DNA of 64,000 nucleotides from Perkinsus olseni (Eukaryota): NCBI GenBank assembly GCA_013115125.1, contig JABANN010000018.1, positions 1 to 64,000 of the forward strand, read 5' to 3'. Shown piece by piece: positions 30,223 to 42,000 of this stretch (position 1 is its first letter; each line of letters starts with the position of its first letter). The notes under the pieces were generated by a model. It saw only the letters and a program-made list of their open reading frames with translations, ran no database searches and was not told where the DNA came from. The position numbers and the translations under genes were made by a program.

Positions 30223-33200
30223 ATGGACACCCCAGACCGAGATGTAGCCGAGGTGTGGTTGCCTGAGTTGTGCTGGAGCGCTCGCACAGGCCGCTTCGAG
30301 GGCGATACGGGAGTAGGTCGTGCTACAGCGGTTCCGATTGGCATATCTGGTGATGCTGAAGGTTGCTGTGTCGAAGGGCGGATGGATAGTCGAAGTGTTT
30401 GATAGTACTTCGGCCATCCCTAAGGCCTACCATAGGAGGGAGTTCAAGAGAGTGGCCCTGCTGCCAGGCTTTGTCAACTGTCATAGTCATGCCTTTCAAA
30501 GGGGCTTGAGGGGCAAGGGAGAATCCGACTATACCAGAGGTCAGCCTGGTCTCACGTGTGTGTTTCCTACCTGCATCAAAATTGTAGTACGACTTAGCTC
30601 CTTGTCGGACGGAACTGCGCAGTCCTATCGCTGCTATTGCTTTATACACTCTCTGGTGTACCTCTGTATTCTGCCGTCGCTGAGCCGAGGGCGCCTACTG
30701 CTAGTCTTGATTGTAGGTAGGGATGGGGCCGCCAATTTCTGGTCGTGGCGCGAGGAGATGTACCGGCTGGTGGGGAGCGTGGCGAAAGACGAGTCGAGCA
30801 TGAAGGATGCCTGCCTGTAGCTCCCGGAATCGTTCTTGTGAACTCGAGAAGCACAGCCCCTCAGGCGTTGCTTCGGCGAGATGAGAGACGCCGGCATCAC
30901 CAGCGTGGGGGAATTCCACTATCTCCATCACGTTGATGCGGCCACCGCCAAGGACTTCCTCCTGGATCGTGCTGTATTAGAGGCTGCCAACGAGGCTGGC
31001 ATACGGATGAGGCTTATTCAGACGTAGGGACGGCCGGACTCTTACGGGGGAGCTGCATGGGAGGGAGTGCGTTGAGCCAGAAAACTCTCGGCACTAGTTC
31101 AACTTCACCTGACCGAGGAAGAGCTACTCCGTCCTGATAGTCGCAGTCTATAATCTGGTCCGAGGTATAGATGGGCAGAATTACGTTACGGACTGTTACG
31201 GCTGACTTTTACGGTTACGCTTCAAGGCCCGTAACGTAAAATTACGGCGCCTTAACGGCTCTTACGGAGATGTAATGGACAAAACGAGGAATTACCATTC
31301 AAGTCATTTAAGTCTGTTTCATGTGAATGCGCATGCGTAGACGAGGCCGGCTCGGCAGTTCCGGGTCGGTCTGGGAGTAGGACGGATGGAATTTCAAAGG
31401 GAGGCGAGTGGTCAGTGCGGAGCCAAATGTTAGTCTCCCAGCGGTTCGGTTGAATCCGAACCACCAATAACGAGTTTAACAACTATTTGAGCCATGGTGG
31501 AATGCCTTACAGCGAATGTCTCCGCCACAATTCCAAAAAGGCAGTTCAGCACCAACCGTGAAGTCGTAAGCCCCTTCCGTAACCGTAAACTACTTACGTT
31601 AACGCGCACCGTAACGTGAACCGTAAAGAAGCCGTAACGGTGTCCATGTATAGTCCGAGGACCTTTGGGTCGTCAGCACTTCGCTTATCAAGTGGAAACA
31701 TGCGAGAGCATTCCCCCGTTGGAGTTCGTCGTTGCTACGGCGTGTTCCATGTTGGTCCTCCACTAGTAAAGGGATAAGCATTCGTGCCCGATTGTTCTGT
31801 AACGCTGATAACTGAGGTTCAGCGGAATGGCTCGCCGTCAGATATTACCATTCGGCGAGTGTCGATGGAAAGCCCTTGGAAGGCAGCCAGAGGCACTTCG
31901 AGTCCGGTGATGTGGATGTATGCTCGTCTGCTACTCTCCAAGCCCTCACGCTCCCGTCTCAGTTGAACGTTTTCAAGAAGCAGTTCGAACTTCTAGAGGC
32001 CTTCGTGTCGGATAAGCCTCTGTTGAGCTTGGCTGTGGCGGCCCACTCGATCCGAGGCTGTAACGTGGACACTGCCAAGAGGTTGCTGGACTTTGCTCGA
32101 GAGAAGAAGGTTCCTTTCCACATGCACGTGGAGGAACAAGTGAAGGAGATCGAAGCCGCTAAGGAGGTGTAGGCGGGTACGTGGTCCTCTGGTAGGCAAC
32201 GAACTTATTTCGCTACTACGTGATCTCCTGGGAGTGAATCTGGGGCTTCGGCTCGATCCTGTTTTTTCGAGCATCCACACGGTGATGGCAGGTACTCAGG
32301 ACGATCGGTGTCTCGTGCTCTCCTGGACAGTGGTATCTACGGCCCTGATGTCACACTGGTCCACTGTACGCATACATCGGTAGAAGACATACACGAGCTT
32401 ACTGCGAAGGGGACCAACATCTGCATTTGTCCGGCCACTGAAGGCTGCCTTGCCGACGGCTTTCCAGACCTCTCCCGGCTGAGGCCTGAGGATGGGCAGG
32501 TACCTGAGTCGTCTAGCCGCCCTTTGGCGAGTACTGAGCTCAGGTGTGTATCGGATCGGACTGCAACTCCCGTATCGATACTCTAGAGGAGCTGCGTTGG
32601 TTGGAATATGCCCACAGACTTCGGACACAACGTCGTGGTGTGCTCATAACTGACACCCTGCCTGCAAAGGGGAACAAGGAAGAATCTAGGCTCGCGGTAA
32701 TACATGGCTGCCGATTGTCGTTAAGCTTTACTGAGCACCATAGCGCGAAGCTCTGGTTGTCATTAAAGATTCTAGTGCTTCTTCTCGACTGGCGGCATCT
32801 ACTTTTGGATGGTCTCCCCGCCTTCAGACGCTCCTTCTCGGAGTAGCTACTGAGGGAGGGGCGCGATCCCTCGGCCTGCCCAATGTTGGTCGGATCGCCG
32901 CCGGCTGTCTGGCCGACGTCTCCCTCATCAATCTCGATCATCCAGCCCTCGCTAGCCTAGGAGGGGATATCCGTGATGTCCTAGCTCCAGCACTGGTGTT
33001 TGGGCTCAGCGCCAACGAGGCGGTCGGTGCGAGTGCGGTTGGAGGGAGGTGCGCGTCAGGCGTCACCCATTCGCATTGCAGCGTGTCTCGATCAGGTGGA
33101 GGATAACCCCATCGGGCGTAGCGGTGAGCTCAGTGGAGTTCCTCAATCGCCCGCTGAAAGTAGAGCACCATGTGATACTGCAGAAGGGCGTCCTGCCCGA

Positions 33201-34916
33201 GGACTCCTCTGACACGCTTGCCTTGGCTCGAGCGTTCATAGACTCTGCGAGCCCTAGCGGCTACGAGAAGAGCATGGGTGAAGTCATCGCGGAACGTTTG
33301 GCAAAGACCGGCTGGGAGGTGGGATTCTCGCTTGGGATCGTTATTGACGGAGATGGTTTTCCTGTAGTCAGGTTGAGACATTTGAAGTGGCCCCACAAGC
33401 CAACAACCCTGACGGTCCAGTCCGGCAGAATGTGTTCGCCTACCGCCCTGGATGCAGGGACAGCGTTGAAGTCCTGTTCAACACTCATCTGGACACCGTA
33501 CCCCCGCACTTTGATTCCTACATAGACGAGGACCCAAGCAATGGCCGTCAAAGACTGAGGGGGAGGGGGGCGTGTGATACGAAGCCTCTGTCGGCCTCCA
33601 TGATCATTGCGGGGGATAATCTTGTGAAGGTGAGCTGGAAAGAAATCCGGTGCTTCAGACTTGTCCCGCTCAGGCCGGGCTCGGTTCCAAGGTGGGGTTC
33701 CTGTTCGTCGTAAGCGAAGAGACTGACCATAGTGGGATGACGGAGGCCAATGGTCAAGTGGGACATCTCCTTCCAAGCTTGAAGTAAGTGCGGTACCGCC
33801 TCTGGCTGCTCCTACAATGGAGTCGCTTCCGTCATTGATTCTCGGACTGGCCTTCCGTCTGCAATATACCACATCCCTGGTGCGCAGGTACGTTGTAGTT
33901 GGGGAGCCGACTGCTGGGAAGGTGGTGGTCAATCAGAAAGGGGTGGTGAAGATCCGCCTCACGGCCAAGGGGGTTGCTGCCCACAGTGGGTACCCTCACT
34001 TGGGCCAGAGTGCCATTCACACCCTCATTGAGGTCCTCCAGCGAGTTATGACCTACCCTTGGCCGACGGATGCCGTTTTGGGCGGTGAGATGACCGGGCT
34101 TCTCCCGTGCTACCGGCTTCGGTAGATACCGATGTAAACATTGGTCGTATTGAAGGAGGTCAGGCTGATAACGCTCTAGCGGAGCGATGCAGAGCCACGC
34201 TGATGTTCCGGGTCACCGAGTCGTGAGTCGAGTCCAGGAAGTTGTCGCATGCGTTGAGGTGCTCTTCCTTTAGATCAGCTCGAATAATCGGAGTCGTGGA
34301 AGATCTTTGCGCCAACGCTATTGGAGCTTCTGTGGAGTCGGAAGTCATTACGAGGAACGAGCCAGTTGACATGAGATACGTCCAGGAGTAGGAGTCTTCG
34401 TCGCTGTTGCTCTTGCATTGTATGCACCGCGGGCCAGGACACGGGTGGCCATACTTGAAGTTAACCATCCTACTCAGACTCATTAAAGGCTATCCTTTTG
34501 GCGTGGCCGCCTTCAACACCGACATATCATTCTTCGCACCCACACTAGAGAGGCGCGGAGCCAAAGCTGTCCTGTAAGGCTGGTCGCGCCGAATATTCTC
34601 TTCCCTATTGTGGATGATACGTCTTACGAATAGCATTGTGCCAAAGGAGCTCCGCAATCTCTGCCATTCTGAATGGCCTGTTCATTTCCGCGTCTGGCCA
34701 GAAATTTCGAATCCTGCTCGATCTGGTTGAAATTCACATCGCCTGTGAACGTTCGCTCATAAGAATTGCGAGTGTTGTAGCAGTCTACGTTACCCTAGGT
34801 TCGGCTTGGGTGACATTTGTGATGCTCATTGTGAACGCGAGTATATATACGTTGAAGACTTGCCCAAATGTGTGGCAGCATACGAGGACATCGCAAAACA
34901 ACTGCTCAAGATGTGA
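30223..34916 (+). CDS. Fusion protein: formimidoylglutamate deiminase (HutF-like amidohydrolase) + M20 peptidase/N-acyl-amino-acid deacylase (ArgE-like), many exons
   Basis: HutF motifs: PGFVNCHSHAFQRGLRG, FWSWREEMYR, GITSVGEFHYLHH, AAHSIRG, FHMHVEEQ, LVHCTH, CPATEGCLADG, IGSDCNSRID..EELRWLEY, VGGRW. M20 motifs: NTHLDTVPP, GRGACDTK, VVSEET, GEPT, AAHSGYP, AHCEREY. Stop TGA at 34914-34916. Confidence 0.88.
31166..31652. mobile_element. hAT-type MITE (487 bp) in an intron of the HutF-M20 gene
   Basis: Exact 8-bp flanking duplication GTCCGAGG (31158-31165 and 31653-31660). Ends TATAGATGGGCA / TGTCCATGTATA (10/12 inverted match). TTACGG repeats on the left and CCGTAA repeats on the right. Confidence 0.85.
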
Positions 34917-35073
34917 TACCCTCACCGACCATGTATCGAGAGCGTCCGTTTCGTTTTAACGACGGCCTTTGAGTTTGCTTGATACCCCCATAAGACTGTC
35001 CACAAATGGCAAGGGGCTTCTCGGACACTATTTCATAGCGCATCGCCGAAGGAACAATGACGACAGTATACAA

Positions 35074-35146
35074 GCGGCTTTGGCGCAGTAGGTAGCGCGT
35101 AGGTCTCATAATCCTAAGGTCGCGAGTTCGATCCTCGCAGGCCGCA
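35074..35146 (+). tRNA. tRNA-Met (CAT), elongator type
   Basis: Acceptor stem GCGGCTT/AGGCCGC plus discriminator A, D-arm TGGCGCAGTAGGTAGCGC, anticodon arm TAGGT-CTCATAA-TCCTA, T-arm GCGAG-TTCGATC-CTCGC. Confidence 0.95.
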
Positions 35147-35602
35147 CTTATAGCCTATTACATCCGCTAGCCGGACTGAACTCAAGTCGAACTGTGTCGG
35201 TATGTGTTGCATGAGCGGGTGTTCGGTATGGCCCTTAGACAGAGAGGGAAGAAAGCCGAAGAAGCGCGTTTCTGCCCAACGGCGCCGAAGAGAGTGGACA
35301 GAAGTTCCGCTACAGAACTGCAAAGCTAGCGCCTACGATGCGAACATGGCCGAGAATCGCCATGCCTGAAGTAGCCCAGGAAGAGGAGGACTTCGGGCCA
35401 GCCGCAGAGACATACAAGGCGCAAGTTCCACGACGAAGTGACCCCGGCCTCCAAGCTAACGTGCTCTCGAACTCCAAGCGGCAATGACGTGGTCACCTCA
35501 CTATAATATCAACACAAAGCTAAAGATCGTGTTGAAAAAGTATACCGAGATACACAAGCTTCATGGTATATAAGCTGCATGATACTGACACGATTAATGA
35601 AT

Positions 35603-37132
35603 CTAATGGGAAGATATATCCGAGTCCTTCCAGGCAGCTGTCCAAAGTCTGCTCAAAATAATATACTTTTGCTTCAACGATTCCGACAACTCCTGCCAGC
35701 AACCGCTGAACTCATTCTCATACAAAACATCGGGTTTAGGCGCCACGCCGACGAAGCGATACGAGTTCCTTGCAGAACAAAGCATCTGGTCGGATGTGGA
35801 CGAGGCCCTAGCGAAGGGCGAGTCTTCAACGCCTTGGCGAACGGACGAATGCGAGATGACTAATCCGGGGGACTGCCATTCTGACGGAACACGCCGGAAA
35901 AGAAACAATGACCGTGGATGACGCAGACGAACTTCGACGAGACTACGAGGATCCAGCGGACAAAATGGTATACGAATGGCGAAGAATATCAACTTAGGCA
36001 TATAACTGGGGAGCATCCATAATCCCTCGACCCTCTCCTTGGACAGAGCATCCACTCCAGTGATCTTCACACCACTAAGATCGAATCGGGTGATCTTCTC
36101 GAGGTTGCTCTTTCGCAGAAAACGAATGATGGGCTTCACATCCATAGTCAAAGCACGGCTTCTCGAAGTGACGGTGAGGGACTCCAGGGAAGGAGGGAAG
36201 GCCAGTTGATCCGGCAATGAGCTTCTCTCGGCCAGCCACAGGGAACGCAAGTCTGGAGCCGAGTGCACCAGGTCAGCGGCAGCCTCCTTAGAGTTAGGAC
36301 CACAACAAACGTTCACCAGAGTCAGACTGCACAATTTCGCTGTCGAGGCTTCAGTCAGCTGATCTATGACGCGGGAGATATTGACGTCGCTCGCCTGGGA
36401 ATTGTAGCACTCAAGTGTTAAATGCTTCAGCTCGGGCAGGAACTTGTGCTTATGTAATAGGGCAAACAGAGCCTGGCGATGACCATCCGCGTCCACAGCG
36501 ACTCTCAAGACCTTCACCGCCTTCACATCGAGACGACCAATGACTCGAAGGAACGACTGCCGTACAGTGCCGGAGAGATCCAAAACTGGCATACGGATTG
36601 AACCACACACAGGGTAGAATATCTCACGGAAAAGTCGGCAGGTCGCAGCCAGGTGGCAGATGCTGCGCATATCCAGGAACTCGGCCGGACCCAAGAGCTG
36701 CAGAGAAGTACCGATGACCAGGCGCGGAGCCCGCATAACTCGCTTTGGAGTGGGCATAGTCTCGGCAAGGGTGCTGCTGTCAGAACCTCTGTCACGCTTC
36801 CTGCCGTGGAAGGGCGACTCATCGTCACTCGAGCTGCCATCGCCAATGTTGCCGAGGGATATATCGGTCTCTATGGTCTCCAACGACATCGGTTGCTTCT
36901 CTCTCCTCGTCGCCCTCTTAGCGGTCTGCGCCTTCGGTTTTGCCTTGCCCGCAGCCTTGGCCTTCGCTTTAGCCTTCGGCTTCCCCTTGGCCTTCGCCTT
37001 GGCCTTCGGTTTTGGCTTTGAGGCGGGCGGATTGAGCGTGATCAGATCGGCAGCGTCAACGTCTTGGATGATGTTCCGAGGGAGGCGCGGCGTCTTGATA
37101 TAGTCGCCGGGATTGAGGCGGCGACCGCGCAT
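35603..37132 (-). CDS. F-box/LRR-like protein with an N-terminal Lys/Ala/Pro-rich segment, intronless
   Basis: Long ORF with F-box-like LQLLGPAEFLDMRSICHLAATCRLFRE, LRR-like LPELKHLTL, LCSLTL, LRSLWL and LESLTV, and a KPKAKAKAKGKPKAKAK tract. Confidence 0.7.
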   Translation of the reverse strand: MRGRRLNPGDYIKTPRLPRNIIQDVDAADLITLNPPASKPKPKAKAKAKGKPKAKAKAKAAGKAKPKAQTAKRATRREKQPMSLETIETDISLGNIGDGSSSDDESPFHGRKRDRGSDSSTLAETMPTPKRVMRAPRLVIGTSLQLLGPAEFLDMRSICHLAATCRLFREIFYPVCGSIRMPVLDLSGTVRQSFLRVIGRLDVKAVKVLRVAVDADGHRQALFALLHKHKFLPELKHLTLECYNSQASDVNISRVIDQLTEASTAKLCSLTLVNVCCGPNSKEAAADLVHSAPDLRSLWLAERSSLPDQLAFPPSLESLTVTSRSRALTMDVKPIIRFLRKSNLEKITRFDLSGVKITGVDALSKERVEGLWMLPSYMPKLIFFAIRIPFCPLDPRSLVEVRLRHPRSLFLFRRVPSEWQSPGLVISHSSVRQGVEDSPFARASSTSDQMLCSARNSYRFVGVAPKPDVLYENEFSGCWQELSESLKQKYIILSRLWTAAWKDSDISSH

Positions 37133-37217
37133 TTCGAACGGATAAGTGAAACTCTGAAAACACTGCAACGACGACGACCCCAACACAGCGACAAAACATC
37201 AAACGAAGTGATGTTCC

Positions 37218-38504
37218 TCAGAGTTCCTCAGTAGAGGAAGCGTTTTCGATCCAAGATATGGCCAGGGCGTCCGGATACGGCGATGACACTTTCTGGATAA
37301 CCGTGTTAAATTTGATCGGACCACTCGGCAAGGAGGTGATGACACCTCCGGCCTGAGAAAGAGAGAGGGGTTCAATGCCTCGCCTCTGCTGTTGCTTCAC
37401 CTGAACTAGATCGAGATAGTCCTTCATCATGGCTGCCTTGGTGCCCGCGTTGTCCACGATCACCGCCGTCCCTGGTCCAGCGAATCCGAGCTCTACCATC
37501 TTCATGAGATCCTACAGGTCAGACGATACAACTGAATTGCAGGATCGCCGCTACGACCCTACACGCTCACCTGTTTGAAGCGTCCAGGTTGATGGTCCAT
37601 AAACACCATGTCGGCCCTGTCCATACCCGACCCCTGCAATGACTCCACCAGATCCGCCATGTCCTCCGGCATCAACATCGCCTTATACCGGATGGTGTGC
37701 TTGGCCTTCCCGGTAGACGGGTCCCGAATGGCGTAGGAGACAAGCTGAGGAAAGGCAAGGCGAATCGATGGGGTGACAGCATCGATCAGCTCACCTGCTT
37801 GCCGAGCTGAAGCCAGTGTGGATTTTCCTCCACCGAGACAATCTTCACCTTCCTCTTCCCCACTCCTTTCAAGAACCTCAACGTCCCATCACCACTGTGG
37901 GATCCGAGCTCTAGAATCTGCAGTTGGTCCCTCCCTGTAGGTATCTTTGTCGTGGCGACCGTGAAGGACAAGATCTCTCCTGAGATAATCGGCGAACTAA
38001 CCTAGACACTTCGAACCGAAGTGTATAGGTTCGATCATTCTGCTGCGTGGTTGGACACGGATTTAGGGCCGACCACCGGGCCCGCGTACACAAGATGGAA
38101 CTGATTGGTGAGCCCTCGGTGGCTTCTCGTAGATCAGGGGGACTTCGTCGAGCAGCGCATGCGCGGTAAAGCGGAGCACTCACCCTTCTCATCGCCCAGG
38201 GTCAGGCCTCCTCCATACTTAGCGGAAAAACCCTCGGCCTTGATAATGCAATCCCTCACTGAACCGCCCTCTGCTGTCTTTACAACGTGGTCCACCAATC
38301 CTGAGACCAGAAAAACCTTCGCTGTGCGCAATAGACGTATCTTTTCCTACTGTCGTCAAGGCCGCCAGAGTCCGCACGATGATCGTCAGGGTTGGGGTGA
38401 TAGACATTGCCGGGCTTGAGATCACCAACTACTGTCTTCCCTGACCTTGGTGCAGCACCCTTGACGAGCGGTGTAAGTGCCACAAGAAACGAGAGATATT
38501 TCAT
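37218..38504 (-). CDS. Catechol-O-methyltransferase-like SAM-dependent methyltransferase with signal peptide, multi-exon
   Basis: MKYLSFLVALTPLVKGAA signal, LTLGDEK, ILELGSHSGDGT (motif I), IVSVEEN, DMVFMDH, GTAVIVDN. Confidence 0.78.
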
Positions 38505-39055
38505 GAAAAAAAACTGCGATTGCTCATGGCTCGGCGGAGCGAAGCACCACCAGAACCTGCCGAACACCCTGATTCCACCACTGGCCAAGGGCCTTCTGCT
38601 ACCCAATAGCGAGAGTGACGAATTCGAGGCTGAGAAGACCGAGACGATCATACTTAGTCGAGCGGGTAGCAAGGCAGCGTCACACTTTGGGGGCCATGGG
38701 CGCCAGGGATTGAAGCACCCACGGACGCACCTCTGTGACTCTTCGGTGGCCGAGTACCGTCTACGGCGTCGAGAGTATATCAAATGGAACTGCGCTTCAC
38801 TGATGTATCAGTTTGGTGAGTAGTCTGAAGGGATGATCGAAACCGGAGATGACCAGCAACGTCAGTGAGCTGGTCGGTAGTCAAACGTTGTGAGATTGGC
38901 ATTAACCGCGCGACAAGCAGCTTGGCGATTGATGCTCAGATCTACTGGGTCTGCATCACATAGGAAAAGCGTAATTGACAGGGGACTCGAGACAAACAGC
39001 GGGAGTCTCAAGGAAACCACACTTAGTCAAGACGATGGTGATGACATCTGGCCGA

Positions 39056-42000
39056 CTACTTCTGGGTTAGCCTTCGCTTTGTCTCTAGCAGTGCCTTCGC
39101 CGCCGCAGCGTTCTGGTCCGTACCTGACATGCGCCCCTTCTAACCTGGCGGCTTGGAGTTTTCTACTCTACGCTACTCCGTTTTCCCAAGGTCCTACCTT
39201 CTTTGATATACTGCGTGAAGAGCTCCTTCATAACGGCCTTGGCGGCATTCTGTGGTTGACCTCCATTGGCCTTGTCACTAACCGTAACAGTGTAAACCCC
39301 AATGTTGTGCATATGACCGCCAAAGCCGACTCTGAATCCTGTCGCGCGCCTCCCATCATCCCGTTTGAGGACGGAGAACTCCGCTCCGCCGCTTCCACCA
39401 GCGCTGATCTCCCGCCCGTTCGAGGTCCGAATGCTCAGATAGTCGATCCAGCTACCACAGCGGCCGGTAACTTCAGTGATGTATTCCCCCTTCTCGATGG
39501 TCAGGGCGTGCGCTTTCGGTTCTCCATGTGGCGAGGAGATCGCTGAGGATTGCCGGCAGGAGTCACCGGAGCACCACATTACCTGGGGCGACACGTGCCG
39601 ATCGTTTTAATTGAAACATTGATAAGTACGGCCGCTTCTTATACTCTATTTCATAAGTAATGATACTATTCCAAGAATACATGATAATAAATAGTATGAC
39701 CAAGAAAAAGGAAAAGCTTCAGGTTCCCACAACCCGAATGCCTTGAGGGTGGACCGACCCTCAAGTACAGCATAAGACCTTAAAAGCAGACTGCTGCTAT
39801 AAAGCTACTTGCCGCCTACCCGTATATCGTCTATGAGCGAGAGAAGCAGATAGGTATGTGGCAGTACTACAAACCTAACTTAATGATACTATATTGATAG
39901 GTGATATCATATGCACGATCTCCCTTCTGTACACGGCCGAGAAAGATCCCCAATATTATCCACCTAACCTCGTTTCTCTTCCACTGAGTATGCAGTGGAC
40001 CTTCACTGAGCATCCCACCCCCCCCAAGACCTCCTTACCTCCAGCCCATAGACAGCCGTGTCATCAGCTAAGATCTGCACCTCACTCATCTCCTCCCCCT
40101 TCTTAGGTAGCAGGTCAACGAGTTCCGTATCAGCATGAGTCGGGCCGTGCGCCACCAGATCCCCTGCTGCGGCATCCTTTCCCAGTTCACCGCGCTGAAG
40201 CCGCCACTCCACCGAGCCCGTCTGTCGGCCGCTGCTGAGAGCCTTTTGAGAGTCTCGGAACGGATTCACCCCGGTGACTGAAGACTCGTCCTCGTCGGAG
40301 CCGATGGTGCTAGTCTCCCGCGCATAACGGTCGTGGTTGAACTTGCGAGTGGCCGTTACGGTGGCAGGGGCTGTCTTTTGAAGGCGATCGAAGTAGCATT
40401 TTTCGAGAGTGTCACTGACGGCTAGAAGTGCCTGACCAGCAACCATGATAAAGAAGCTCAAGCGAAGGGTGGTGATAACGCATGGTCGGAGGAGAAGACA
40501 AACACCTAGAATGGGGCTGTATCGACGATGCCTTCTGATGAGTTCTCACCAGCCGGATTGCTCAAAGTTCCGAGAATAACGCTGTCGACCACAGAACAGG
40601 GTTCGACCGAGGGTAGATTTCTAGGCTGAACCATCCGGGTCTTCACGTCTTCCAGTTCCTTCAAAACCGTGTTAACCTCTCCCACCACTACCTGGCCCAT
40701 TCCCTCAACGTCGCCGGCATATTCCTTCCGACGAGTCTGGAATGGTGCGGTATCAAGTTGACGTGTGTATCGGGAAGTCACATCTCTACAGCCGTCCTTA
40801 GAGGTGGCCCAAACCCACGACAAGCTCTTCTTCCAACCATTCTCATACCTGCCCAAACGCTACAAGTACGCGTCACTGCGCCACGAAATTGACCCGAGTC
40901 GCACAGAGCCATCTCTCCCATTACATGAGCGGAGCATCCACGACAGCTTCACAAGGGTCAACATGCACCCACCGCTGTTGTCGATCGATCCACACCTCAG
41001 ACCAGACGTGGTCCGTAGCATCGATAACATGGCGAACCTGGACGGACAGCTGTCGATAATTATGACAGGCCCGCTTACCTCGAAGCCTAGACTCCGAGCC
41101 ACTAGACAAAAACAATTGGCCCATTCACCACAGCGGCCACTACGGGTGTGAAGGAGGGCCACTGGATGGTTGTAACGAGGATACCTCGTCAAGGACCCAC
41201 ACACAGTGCAGCGATACACCTCCACCTGATACATAGCGATCGCGTGGATGGTACAAGAGACAGGAGAAGAATAGGTAAGAGCCAGGCTGATATTCCAAAC
41301 GACTCGAGACGAAGGGCAATCAACAATCGTGGACGACAGAGGAAGGAGGAAGAAAGCCCAGCAGAAGAGTTCTCGGAAGGGAGCCCTAGCAGCATGACGA
41401 GAGTATCCCACCTGACCGGCCATTCCTTTCTGCTCCTCGGGAGTGGGTGTCGTTGCCCCCTGGCTTGCTGTGTTTTTACAGCCGCAGGCGGCACATTCAG
41501 GCTTGTGCATCCACTTGAAAAAAGAAGTCTTGAACCACTGTACCAGCTCCTTGAGGAGGCACTCAGCGTAGTAGGGGGAACCTGAACAACAGGTGCCCCA
41601 GGATGACCCGCCGGAGGAGGAGAAGTTACACATAAATTTATTTTCGCTACTGAGGAGCAGTTCGTGAGGGGAGGGGAGTGCGGACGAGCGACTCATAGCA
41701 TCATCAGATCACCGAGTAGTCAGCACGATACCCTAGAGTGCCCTACTACCATCCTCCTCCACTAAGCCTTGGCAACGGCTGACGGCCCTCTTGTAGAGCT
41801 CAACTACAGGGATCACTGCTAAGGCCTCTTCCTGATGCGATGGCACTTCGTATAACTGACAACCTCCAATGTCTGTCGAATCCCAATCCCTGTCAAGCCG
41901 TACGAGCGATCGCCGATGACGACGGTGAGCCACACAAGACTGAGGATGTACTACCTGGACATGCATCCCATTGTTGATGACTTGCTGGCGGACACTGTCC

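Noticed and set aside
39742-39765. Perfect 9-bp hairpin CTTGAGGGT-GGACCG-ACCCTCAAG in an AT-rich PNGase intron
   Set aside because: No nearby CTRR end, TIR or TSD found, so it cannot be called a Helitron or MITE.
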